DNA from: Octopus sinensis
Taxonomy: Eukaryota
DNA length: 64,000 nt
NCBI RefSeq assembly: GCF_006345805.1
Contig: NC_043002.1
Location: forward strand, 46,624,001-46,688,000
Direction: 5' to 3'
Shown: piece by piece, positions 41,501-53,614 of the stretch
Position numbering within the stretch: position 1 is the first letter of the stretch
Layout: each line of letters begins with the position of its first letter
Position numbers and translations under genes: made by a program
The notes under the pieces: generated by a model
Database searches by the model: none
Told to the model about the DNA's origin: nothing
What the model saw: the letters and a program-made list of their open reading frames with translations, nothing else

Positions 41501-41712
41501 AAGGCGGAGAGCTGGTAAAATTGTTTGCTCGTTGGGTAAAATGCTATGCACCATTTCGTCTGTTCTGAGTTCAATTCCTACCGAATTCGACAGTGTTTTT
41601 CATCCTTTTGGGGTCGATAAAATAAGTACCAGTTCAGCAGCAGGGTCGATGTTATAGACTTGCCCTGTTATTCCTCGAAAGTTCTGGCCTTGTGCCAATA
41701 TTTGAAACCGAT
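41501..41712 (+). mobile_element. Nin/Deu-like SINE (tail T2)
   Basis: 'aaggcggagagctgg...ctgagttcaattcc...tttcatccttttggggtcgataaaataagtaccag'. Confidence 0.85.
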
Positions 41713-41743
41713 ATATATATATGCATATATATATGTGTGTGTG

Positions 41744-41778
<35 letters not shown>

Positions 41779-41817
41779 ATGTGTGTGTGTGTGTGTATGT
41801 GTGTGTGTGTGTGTATG

Positions 41818-41851
<34 letters not shown>

Positions 41852-42039
41852 CGTGTGTGTGTGTGAGTGTGTGCGTGCGTGCGTGTATATGTATATATAG
41901 AGAGAGCCAGATTTGCTCCAATAAAGAAAAATATGAAATGAACATTATTTGAAACTTGTTTCTTACACACACACACACACACACACGCACATATATATCT
42001 TTATATATCTTTATATACATATATGCATGTATATATATA

Positions 42040-42113
<74 letters not shown>

Positions 42114-42319
42114 TATATATATATGATATATAGATATATGTATACACACATATATACATACACACATACACACACACACATATATATATTCATATAAACA
42201 TATATGCGTTATATATATATATATATATATAATACATGTAGTTGGGCATGATGATTACAGAAATAAATATTATTTGTATATATATATTGTGTGTCTGTGT
42301 GTGTGTGTTTGTGTGTGTA

Positions 42320-42400
<81 letters not shown>

Positions 42401-42834
42401 ATGTATATTATATATATATATATATATATATATTATCCATCACTCTCACCTCATTCATTCATGTATGAATAAATTTTTTTGTTTTAATTAATAGTAAATA
42501 ATAAAACAGATTTTATAGGGTGATATAGACTCAACTGATAATTAAGCGAAGTATTATGATGATAGCTAGTAATATATTACAGCTTTCATTTATTTCATTA
42601 GCGAAGAAAACAAAAACGAAAATAAAAAGAATAATAATATGAATATATGTCGGTAATAAAGAGGTCGCCATGTACTTTTGTATAAGTACAACGAATCCTC
42701 AAATTGGATTTCGAAATAATCAGGTCAAAAGATGTCCTATTTTTTTCCCCCTTCTTGTTCCTGTTGTTTTTCTCTCTTTTTTTCTTTTATTGATCTGGCC
42801 TGGAGAAAGGGGGTTGAATTCATGACCTTCGTAG

Positions 42835-42923
42835 GCACTCAGAGACCGATGAGATCGATACCGTCAACGTTCCTCTTGAGCAGTTGCAAATTGACAGTTG
42901 CAGGGAAAATATGTGCGGTGAAG
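42835..42923 (+). other. Candidate coding exon (unassigned)
   Basis: Non-repetitive island with AG at 42833-34, donor AAG|GTAATT and open frame HSETDEIDTVNVPLEQLQIDSCRENMCGE. An alternative acceptor at 42805 gives KGVEFMTF...CAVK. No homology recognised. Confidence 0.3.
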
Positions 42924-43107
42924 GTAATTCCTGAAGACTGTTGTAATTAATGTATATATAAAGAGAGAAAGGGGGCGATAGAGAGAGAGAAAGAGAGAGA
43001 AAGATAGAGAAAGATAGAGAGAGGGAGAGAAAGAGAGAGAAAGATAGAGATAGAGAGAGGGAGAGAAAGAGAGGAGAGAGGGGTATATATTTTTATTCTT
43101 TTTTTTT

Positions 43108-43455
43108 GTTTCAGTCATTTGACTGCGGCCATGCTGGAGCCCCGCCTTTAGTCGAACAAATCGACCTCGGGACTTATTCTTTATAAGCCTAGTACTTATT
43201 TTATCGGCATCTTTTGCCGAACCGCTAAGTTACGGGGATATAAACACACCAGTATCAGTTGTTGAGCGATGCTGGGGGGCACAAATACACGCACGCACGC
43301 AGACACACACGCAGACACACACACACACACATCCATTCACAAGGCTTTGGTCGGCCTGAGGCTATAGTAGAACACACTTGCCCAAGGTGCCACGCAGTGG
43401 AACTGAACCCGGAACCATGTGTTGCTTAGCAAGATATTTACCACACAGCTACTCC
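43108..43455 (-). mobile_element. CORE-type SINE with internal (CA)n
   Basis: Matches the other copies; a small deletion lies next to the internal microsatellite. Confidence 0.85.
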
Positions 43456-43517
43456 TGCGTTATGTATGTATGTATTTATATATATATGTATATATATATA
43501 TATATATATATTATCTA

Positions 43518-43596
<79 letters not shown>

Positions 43597-44258
43597 CTTT
43601 TCTTCCCACGGATAAACCTTACTTACGGGGACGTAAACAAACCAATATATATATATATAACGCACTTCTATGTGTGTGTGTTCGTTCCGCTACTGCTGGG
43701 AAGTAGTTGTTGGTTTGTTTACGTCCCCGTAACTTAGCAGTTTGGCAATCAAAAGGGATGGAATAAATAGCAGACTTTAAAACAAGGAATTAGGCTCGAT
43801 TTGTTCGACTGATCCTTCAAAGTGTGTGATTGAAACATGTGCTACCCCCCCGCCCACCCCCCAAAAAATTAAAATTAAAAATAAAAATTAAAAATTAAAT
43901 AAAGAGATAGAAGATTGAATGAAATATCAAAACTGCATTTAATGATTTCTACCGAGTCTAAGAAGTGGAGGAAGAGTATTTATGACCAGACGAGGAAAAG
44001 AATCAGTCGTGGTTGAGTGAAGATGGCACGAGGTAAACCAGCTTCTAGAAGCAGAGACCATAGTAGTTACGGTATCTGTATGTGCACCCGCGTGTGTATG
44101 CACGCACATCATTTATATATATATTTGCGTGTATATATATGTGTGTATATATATATATAGAATATATTATATATATATATATATATTATATAATATATAC
44201 ACACATATATTCATATACATATTTACATATATATAATTGTATATATCCATATCCATCC

Positions 44259-44337
<79 letters not shown>

Positions 44338-44343
44338 CATCTA

Positions 44344-44845
44344 TAAAACGTTTGTCTAGCGAACGTTTTAAAAAAAGATGGGTGAATGTAGCAAGGGTGG
44401 CACGTATGAATGACGAAGCCACCTTGAGCATAATCCTATGAACCCAGAAATTGAAAACAGAGGGTTATCCACTTGCAAACAAATGTGGTAACATATAACA
44501 ATATTGACCAAGGTTACCGTGGTCTTTTTCGTAGGCTTTTCTTCCCACGGATAAACCTTACTTGCTTTCCCCTTTACACCATACATCAATGACACTGTGA
44601 TACACGATCCGTCTTCCCCTTTTTTTCCTCTTTTTTCTTCCTTTTTCATTTTTCTTTTCTTTTGTTCCATTTCCCCTTTTTTCTTTTTTTCTTTTCCACT
44701 TTATTCCTTTTTTTTGTACTTTTTTCCCTTTTACGATTCCTTTTGATCGAAAACCTACGCCACCTTTTTTTCATCCCCCAAAAGAAAAGCTCTACCTTGT
44801 AACTTGTCCCATCCGTGTGCAGCCCTGTGTGGCCAATAAAGAAAC
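44344..44845 (+). mobile_element. 5'-truncated LINE 3' end, L1/Tx1-like, within (ATCT)n
   Basis: The ORF end ...LSSERFKKRWVNVARVARMNDEATLSIIL* (stop 44441) resembles the F..RW C-terminus of Tx1-type ORF2. ~400-nt pyrimidine-rich 3' UTR, AATAAA at 44835-40, and (ATCT)n on both sides. Confidence 0.6.
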
Positions 44846-44867
44846 TTATCTATCTATCTATCCATCC

Positions 44868-44921
<54 letters not shown>

Positions 44922-44938
44922 ATCTATCTATCTATCTA

Positions 44939-45049
<111 letters not shown>

Positions 45050-45227
45050 CTATATATTATTTAAAAGCAGCAGAAATTTAACAAAAGCTGTTACTCGGAG
45101 TTTCACGTTCCCGTTCGTCGGACAGTTTTGTAAAAAAAAAAATGTATGTATGTATGTATGTATGTATGTATGTATGTATGTATGCATGCATGTATGTATG
45201 TATTTATGTGTTTACTCCGGTATACAT

Positions 45228-45276
<49 letters not shown>

Positions 45277-45600
45277 GGTGTCCCAGCATGACCGCAGTCA
45301 CATTACTGAAACGAATAAAAGAATATCATCATTGTTTTAATATCAACTTTTTCATACTTGCATGCATTGGACAGAATTCGTTGCGGCAGCTTTTCTGTGG
45401 CCAGGTACCCTTCCTTATGCCAACCACTTTATAGAGTGTTATTTGTTAGTATTAAATTTTGGGTAGTAAAGTAACGATGTACTGAACATTTTAATATTAT
45501 AATGAGATAAACCAGAACATATTTTAGTGATATAGATACCATTCCTTTACAGAAAAAAACATATCTATGTATATATAAATGACGAGGTAAGTTATACAGT

Positions 45601-45765
45601 ATATATATAAATGTGACCTCGTGTGTACCGTTGGCGATTTTTTTTTTTCCTGGATGTTTCCTTCTCCTATGTTTCCGACGAAGAGCTCCGCTCGAAACGT
45701 TAAACCCTCCTTCATTTGTTCCACGTCCTCGCGTGTGTGTTTTTTTCTTTCTGTTTGGTAACTAT
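45601..45765 (+). mobile_element. Penelope-like/retrozyme-like repeat (internally deleted) with a minimal hammerhead-like motif, in (TA)n
   Basis: 45671-45705 reads GTTT-CCGACGA-A-GAGC-TCC-GCTC-GAAA-CG-TT-AAAC. Reverse-complement homolog of 59886-60130. Confidence 0.65.
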
Positions 45766-45837
45766 ATATATATATATTATATATAGTATATATATATAAT
45801 ATAATATATATATATATTAACTATATATATATATAAC

Positions 45838-45871
<34 letters not shown>

Positions 45872-45872
45872 A

Positions 45873-45909
<37 letters not shown>

Positions 45910-45919
45910 ATATATATAT

Positions 45920-46205
45920 CACCGTGACCGACCAGGTTATCAGATGCTGCTAACATCGCGCTGGTCACATGCGCTTCGCATTGTTTTAGCCTTCAAGTGA
46001 CGCCACCCTGCTGGCTAAGCGAGCAGGCCAACAGATGAAAGAATGAGAGAAAGTTGTAGCGAAAGAGGACAGCAGGGATCGCCACCACCCACTGCCGGAA
46101 CATCGTGGAGCTTTATGTGTTTTCACTCGACAAACACTCACAACGCCCGGTCTGGGAATCGAAACCGCGATCCTACATCCGTGAGTCCGCTGTTCTATCC
46201 ACCTC
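45920..46205 (-). mobile_element. Head-B-type SINE with tail Z
   Basis: The head and body match 2060-2235. The tail 'cttagccagcagggtggcgtcacttgaaggctaaaac...ggtcggtcacggt' is unrelated to tails X and Y. Confidence 0.8.
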
Positions 46206-46431
46206 CAGACACACACACACACACACAACAAACGCACACAACACACATGTGTGTACATATGTATGTATGCATGTATGAATGTATGTACTTATGTATTGTA
46301 TGTATGTATGTATGTATGTATGTATGTATGTATGTATGTATGTATGTTTGTATGTGAGTATAGATTAGAATAAAAAATGAAAGACATTTCAAATCACTTA
46401 GGAAAAACATGTAATTTAGGTAGAGAATAAA

Positions 46432-46725
46432 AGCGCGAAGGAGTGGTTGTGTGGGAAGTAGCTTGCTTACCAGCCACATGGAGCCGGGTTCAGTCTCACT
46501 GTGTAACACCTCGGGTAAGTGTGTTCTGCTATAGCCTCGGTTCGACCAAAGCCTTGTGAATGGATTTGGTAGACGGGAACCGTAGTGTGTGTGTATGTGT
46601 GTGTGTGTGTGTATATATTATATGTATGTATACGTATACAAAGAATAAGTTCTGGGGTCGATTTGTTTGACTAAAGGCGGTGCTCCTGCATGGCCGCAGT
46701 CAAATGACTGAAACAGTTAAAGAAT
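46432..46725 (+). mobile_element. CORE-type SINE with internal (TG)n
   Basis: 'ggagtggttgtgtgggaagtagcttgc...gggttcagtctc...ccaaagccttgtgaatggatttggtagacgg' ... 'aaaggcggtgctcc.gcatggccgcagtcaaatgactgaaac'. Confidence 0.85.
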
Positions 46726-46928
46726 AAATCAATATAAATATAAACGTATACACATATATTCAAAAACCATTTGATTTATACATACCTACCTACCTACATA
46801 CATACATGCCTACATACATACATACATACATACATACATACATACATACATACATACATACATACATACATACATACATACACATACATATGTATATGCG
46901 TATAATGTTATATCATATACATTGCACG

Positions 46929-46965
<37 letters not shown>

Positions 46966-46992
46966 TATATATATATATATAGTAGATAGATA

Positions 46993-47150
46993 GGAGGGGC
47001 TGTGTGGTAAGAAGCTTGCTTCCCAACTACTTGGTTCTGGGTTCAGTCCCACAGCGTGACACCTTGGGCAAGTGTCTTCTACACTAGCCTCGGGCCGACC
47101 AAAGCCTTGTGAGTGGATTTGGTAGACGGAAACTGAAAGAAACCTGCCGT
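46993..47150 (+). mobile_element. CORE-type SINE 5' half, ending at the internal (TA)n
   Basis: 'gggttcagtcccacagcgtgacaccttgggcaagtgtcttcta...ggaaactgaaagaaacctgccgtatatat'. Confidence 0.85.
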
Positions 47151-47184
47151 ATATATATATATATATTATATATATATATATAAT

Positions 47185-47219
<35 letters not shown>

Positions 47220-47290
47220 CTGTATAACTTATCTCATTATTTGTATATACATAGATATATTTATTTTTTATGTGAAGGAATAGTATTTAT

Positions 47291-47406
47291 GTCACTGCTT
47301 GGCTCCGAGTGTTCATCTCTGTCAGCATGGTCTGCAACTGGTCTGTGGTTTCAGCGATGAGTACAATGTCATCTGCAAATCGGAGGTGTGTTACTTGCTC
47401 GCCATG
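47291..47406 (-). mobile_element. LINE reverse-transcriptase fragment (RTE-like)
   Basis: HGEQVTHLRFADDIVLIAETTDQLQTMLTEM, containing the RT FADD motif in an RTE-type context. Confidence 0.85.
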
Positions 47407-48238
47407 TATGTATGTATGTATGTATGTATGTATGTATGTATGTATGTATGTATGCATGTATGCATTCATGTATGCATGCATGTATATATGCATGCATGTG
47501 TGTATGTATGTATGTATGTATGTATGTATGTATGTATGTATGTATGTATGTATGTATGCATGTATGTATGTATGTATGTATGTATGTATGTATGTATGTG
47601 TGTATGTATATACACACACACACACACTCACACACACACACAATTATGTATACGTAGAGGTGTTAGAGTTTCGTATAGATTGATTTACAGTAACCTTTTC
47701 GGATCCTTGCGGTCAGAGTTCGAATTCTATCGTGATCAACTTTGCTTTTCATCCTTTCAAGAGCAATAAATAAAGCACAATTCCTGTATTAGGGTCGATT
47801 CTTCTTTTTTTTGCCAGTCTAACTTTCTCTCTTCTAATCTAAGAGAACTCGACTGTAGTTAGTTAGACCTGGAGAGAAATGGGTTCCGACTGGTCTAAAA
47901 CAACTCAGTGAGTGGATAAGGCTGTCGGTGACATAAAATCCATGAACAGTCGTGGTGTCGTTGCCAACTTGTATTTAGGAGTCGCTTAGTCAGAAAAGTC
48001 GCCCACAGACAGTTGTATTTTAAGATTTATTTGTTAAAGTCTACGTAACTCTTTGCTGGGTCTCTCACGCCGTAGGAATATCGTAGCCACACACATAAAT
48101 GCATATAAATGTTTATGCATAATACACGTACTGACATACATATATTCACACGTACTTATGTACATACATGCGAACATGCATGTTGCGGTAAGAGAACTGG
48201 TGATACAGTGAAACTGAGGATCTTCGTTCCATATTGTA

Positions 48239-49502
48239 TTGGGTTGGCAACTAAGTTCCCGCCGTTTTTTTAAATTTTGGAATTTATTGCGTTTTATTGC
48301 ATTTTTATATTTTGGAATCTAATTTTTTTTTTCAAGAATTCTATCTTTGAATCATTTTAGAATCTTTTTTTTTTTTCCTAGTTAATTTTAGTTAATTTTT
48401 GTTTATTTTCAAATCATTAAAATGGAATGTCAAGTTAAGAAAAATTAGCATTTTCGACACCTCCTTTTTGCTTGTAATCAAGGTTCTAAGGCCGCAAAAG
48501 CTGCTCGCGACATTTGTGCTGTGTTTGGAGAGGTAGCCATAGCTGAAAGAACCGCTCGTGATTGGTATGCCCAGTTCAAAAATGGAAATTTTGACCTCAA
48601 AGACGCCCCTCGTTCTGGTCGTCATATAGAGGTCGATGAAGAGGGATTAAACCAACTTTTGCAAGAAAATTCTAGTCAAACAACAAGGTAACTGGCAGAG
48701 AAAATGGAATGCTCCCACACTGCTATAGAGAAGCATTTTCACTCGATGGGAAATGTTCAGAAGTATGGAGCATGGGTTCCGCAAGCTTTAAGTGACAACA
48801 AAAATCAACGAACCACAATCTCTGCTGGTTTGCTAGCTCGTCACCGCTCAACTCATGAACGCAAGCAACGATTTCTTTACCAAATCGTGACTGGCGTCGA
48901 AAACTGGTGCCTGTACATCAATATGAAGCAGCGTAAGGAATGGCTTAGCCCCGGTTAACAAGCGACACCGCGCGTGAAACGATGTTGTGCGTATGGTGGA
49001 TTGGGAAGGGATTATCGATTACGAATTGCTTGAACGGAACCAAATAGTCAACGCGAAACTGATGGAACGACTCAACACGGCTATTCAAGAGAAAAGACCT
49101 AATCGGTAGCATGGAGTTCTGCTGCACGACAACGCCCACCCTCATATCGCCAATATGACCAAGGAAGTCATTCAAACGCATGTCTGTGAAGTGCTGCCAC
49201 ATCCGCCGTACTCTCCTGATTTGGCACCAACGGATTTTCACTGCTTTCGATCTCTTTCAAATGCTATGCGCGGAGTTTCGTTCAATACTGATGCAGAATT
49301 GAGAGCTTGGTTGGATCAATTTTTCGAGTCGAAACCGGGTGATTTCTACCAACGAGGTATTAAAAATCTTGTTGAACGTTGGGAAGAAGTTGTAAACAAC
49401 AAGGGTGAATACATTATTGATTAATTAGTTGTTATTTTTTTATTAAACCTTTTTGAAAATTTGAATTTTAAAAAAACGGCGGGAACTTAGTTGCCAACCC
49501 AA
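48239..49502 (+). mobile_element. Full-length (1264 bp) mariner DD34D transposon, defective
   Basis: 36-bp perfect TIRs TTGGGTTGGCAACTAAGTTCCCGCCGTTTTTTTAAA and TA TSD (48237-38, 49503-04). Confidence 0.96.
48422..49424 (+). pseudogene. Mariner transposase pseudogene
   Basis: MECQVKKN*HFRH..., WVPQAL (WVPHEL), VTGVENW (degenerate VTGDEKW), HDNAHPH, YSPDLAPTDF. 34 residues between Asp2 and Asp3. Several stops and frameshifts. Confidence 0.95.
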
Positions 49503-50284
49503 TATTTTAGAAGTTGGTACTTGAGTGAAAGTTGTTAATTACTCACTGTCTCAATTATAACCATGAAGATACATATATATTAAGCTAAATAGGTTTGCTT
49601 GATTGATAGATAGACAAGCAGGCTTTAAAAAAAATTATACCGGTATATTAAAAAAATATTCATTTAACAATCTCCGGAAACTAATATTCTGGAAATTGTG
49701 TCTCGTATCAAAGTTATACAGCTATTTTGTGTAATAGCATGCATCCATTCAACACAAAATCACTTTAAAATTATACTGGTATATCAAAAAAATTTCATTT
49801 TATCAAAAATATCCATTTAATAAACTCCGGAAACTGATAATATTCTTGAAATTGTGTCTCGTATTAAAGTTATATTGCTATTATTAAATTATCATTAATG
49901 AAAATAAAGGCGAGCGAGAATGAGAGACTATTGCAAATAAAAACGTAAAATGTTACCTGCAACGAATTAATAGTGTTTATCATTAAATATTAAAATCTAC
50001 TCCGAAGTGAATGCAATGAATATTTAAATTTATAAAGAATTGAACGCAGTGACTGCAATGAATATTTAAATTTGCGAGAATCTGGAGTTAAAAAAAAATC
50101 CAATAAACTTCAGAAATCGAAATTATAGGCAATTTCTTAGAACAGGAATTTATAAAAATATTTCCAGACTGTCAAGCCTTTAATAGTTGCTTTCTTTTAG
50201 TATTTTTAGTAATTGTTACATACCAAATTAATAAGCAGCTTTTTCCATTATAGCATATATATATGTATACACACACACACACAC

Positions 50285-51555
50285 GGTGTGATAGGTAAAT
50301 TTTAGATTTTTAATCTAAAATTTTTAATTTTTAATTTCGCGCATGCGCATTGTTTATTTTTGATTTTGTCAATTACACAGTATAGTAGGGTCAGTTGGCC
50401 ACCGTCTGTGAGAAGAACAGCACTATGACGCAATTCACTCAGCCAGAAATTTGGAAACGACATGCTGTACTGCTTGGCATTCGCGCCGGAAGCTCAATAC
50501 GTGTTTTGTGTGTCAATCTGAGGACAGTGCAGAGGATTCGGAAATAGTTGGATGAGTCTAATGGTGGTTACGAAGGTACGGAACCTTGGAAAACTCACTC
50601 TGATCGTTCTGATAAGAAAAGAACTCCTGAATTTGTTGATAAGATCCAGGTCATAATTGACAACGATCCCTCCAAGCCAAACAGGTCCATCGCCAGGGAC
50701 ATGGGAGTGTCTGAATTTCTTATCAGGCAGATAGTGCATGAAGACATACAAAATGCGAAAGGGCCAATTTTTATCCCAAGCCATCAAAGACGAGATATCG
50801 CTTTTGAACAAACTCAAGCATCCTCTCCAACCGAACATGCTTTGGTTTTTCTCAGACGAGAAAAAATTCTGCCAGGATCAGATGGTGAACACACCGAACA
50901 ACCGTTGCCTTGCCGTGACCCCAAAACGTGTACCGAGAGTGATAAAAATCAAACATCCAGTCAACATCATGATGTTTGGAGTGATCACTAGTGATGGCGA
51001 CGTTATGCATCCATTCATCTTTCCACACGGCCTCAGACTCAACACGGAAGCCTACATCAAGCACCTGGAGGAGGTAGTGCTGCCCTGGATCAAGAAGGTG
51101 GATACTGGAAGACTCTATGTCTAGCAACAGGACTCTACACCATGTCACACAAGCAAGAGAACGCAGTCATGGCTGTCAGACAATTTCTGCGACCACAATA
51201 CCCCTAATATATGGCCACCCAACTCTCCAGACTGCAAACCCTTGATTATTATGTGTAGGGCGCAGTTGAGCGAGAGACCAACAAAACTCCTTGTAACACC
51301 AAAGATGACCTGAAGACAAGTATTATGGCAGCATTCACAAACTTAGACAAGGAGACCGTCCAGAAGAGTTGCAGGAAATTCCGAAGTCGTCTGGAGGCTG
51401 TGATTGAAGCCAATGGCGATTTTATTGAATAAATTTGCTTTTTAGTATTTCAAGATATTTTTATGTAATTTTGGTAAATATATCTGTTAGAATGAGATGT
51501 GAGTGTTATTTTCATTTTTGCTTAATTTAGACGAAAATTTATTCACCGCATCCTG
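50285..51555 (+). mobile_element. Tc1/mariner DD37D (maT-type) element 2 with transposase pseudogene at 50425-51432
   Basis: FFSDEKKF, IMMFGVITSDG, *QQDSTPCH...WPPNSPDCKPLDY (37-residue spacing), ANGDFIE*. Degenerate TIRs (about 14/21 match) and a TA at the right end. Confidence 0.92.
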
Positions 51556-51849
51556 TATATACACACACACACACCGACGCGCCCACACGCATTTACATTC
51601 ATATACAGAATCGTATGTTTTCAATACAATTTTCCTGGATTAATCATTAAATGCAATTTATTGCGCTTTCTAATACAAGCTTGTCAGAAAAATGTATTCT
51701 TAGTATATTTTGAGACAGAATTGTTGTAATCACTCTAATTGTAACTTAAGGTGTACTTACTGATGCAGTAATATACACATACATTTAACCTCGTTTATTA
51801 AAGGGGGTTGGTTTAAAAAGAATAATAATAAAATCAATGATAAATGACT

Positions 51850-52290
51850 CATCTCCATGCACTTTGTAAACGGAACGAATGGTAGATTCATTGACACCAA
51901 ACTTGCATCTCACAGTAGCTTCTGCCATCACATATTTTTCAATCATCTGCACCTTTTCCTGCAGAAAATGCACCGTCTGTGTCGTTTGTTAGGATCAGAC
52001 GCCTTAGTATTTTTTTTGTTCTCTGGTCTTATGTCGATGGGTACGTGTACATAAATCTGTATAAAAAATACGCAGCCTCGCAACACGGTCATGTAAATAC
52101 AAGCGACAAATCAGTGCATACCCTGGTAGCTGAGAATTTGAAAGTGGTGAGTGGCGCTTTTGCAGTTCCATCGGAAAAAGCCGCCCCGTGTTATCACAGA
52201 TGAAACCGGGATAAAAGTAAAATGATCCATAATTGAGCATACTGTGTTATCCCGGATGAGTGATGAATGAATCAGTGATAAACGAAGTTA
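51850..52290 (-). mobile_element. Tigger/pogo 5' fragment
   Basis: KASDPNKRHRR..LQEKVQMIEKY...KFGVNESTIR, a CENP-B N-terminal HTH as in Tigger1/TIGD1. Confidence 0.7.
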
Positions 52291-52373
52291 CATATATATA
52301 TATAAGGGAAATTCATTTCGACGAAGTTTCGCAGTTTGTTTACATCACATGACTTTATTGTCGCGCACGCGCG

Positions 52374-52450
<77 letters not shown>

Positions 52451-52521
52451 TGTGTGTGTGTGCGTGTGTGCCTGTGTGTGTAATCTGATTACATTCAAAT
52501 TTTCTCTTATTTATTTTCTAG

Positions 52522-52584
52522 CTGGCGAAGCTTGGGCTGTACCTGTACGAAGACAACACGCTCACAGAATCCCAATTTGTCCTG
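52522..52584 (+). other. Candidate 63-nt coding exon (unassigned)
   Basis: Strong acceptor 'tttctcttatttattttctag', donor CTG|GTAATT, length divisible by 3, and open in two frames (LAKLGLYLYEDNTLTESQFVL or GEAWAVPVRRQHAHRIPICP). Confidence 0.3.
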
Positions 52585-53361
52585 GTAATTATACAATCCG
52601 TAGCAAGCAACTAAGAACAAATCATGTAATGAAACCTCTCCCAGCTCTGGATCAGAGGGCTTGTACCAATGCCACCCAACATGCCCAAAACAACAGTGCC
52701 CAAAGCATCGTTGGTGTGATGGAATCTTCGACAGCCTAACACCTGAATAGCAGTCTAAGGGGGACTAGAAGATCACATAATGTTAGGGATCACATAACCA
52801 TACAATTCTCCCGGGTCTTCATGGACATGAAATACCTACTCCTCATGATGTAGAAGTATGAAGTTCTGGCGTACCACACGTCCGATAGTAGAATCGGCCA
52901 CTTTGAGATGCTAGACGATGGCTCTCATCGACTGGCTTGGATTGTCATGGCCCTTCTGACGAACTCTGACTCTAAGAATGTTTCTTTATCTCAGTTATGG
53001 AAAATACGTTCTCCATTATTAGAGATCCCCAGATATTTCCTGACTCTGATTATGAAGAACCCGGATACGTATAAAAAACTGGCGATTTCCGAGTCGTTGT
53101 GGATGGCACCTTTTCCTTTCTTGCGTCTCGATTGAATGCTGCCATATTGATGCAATCGACAGATTTGAAAGAGAAAGGATTAATAGTTAAAATTTGGCGT
53201 AGAGTGATTAACATTATGCTTGGTCGTTTTCTATTTATGACCCACTTAATTTTGTTTACAAATATTCGGTGCAACTTTTATATTTTCATTTCAAAGTTTT
53301 CTTTTCAGTAAGCTCACCCCCCACACACTGGCACGCACGCACACACGCACACACACGCGCG

Positions 53362-53432
<71 letters not shown>

Positions 53433-53536
53433 GCGCACACACACACATACACACACACAAAACACAACACACACAGAGATACATATAAATGTGTGTATAT
53501 GTGCATGCGTGTATATGAATGTACACATGTTTGTAT

Positions 53537-53568
<32 letters not shown>

Positions 53569-53583
53569 ATGCATGCATGTATG

Positions 53584-53614
<31 letters not shown>

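Noticed and set aside
49630-49885. Two diverged ~90-110-bp tandem copies ('ctccggaaact..aatattct.gaaattgtgtctcgtat.aaagttata')
   Set aside because: Ordinary local duplication. Only two copies and no spacer structure, so not CRISPR-like.
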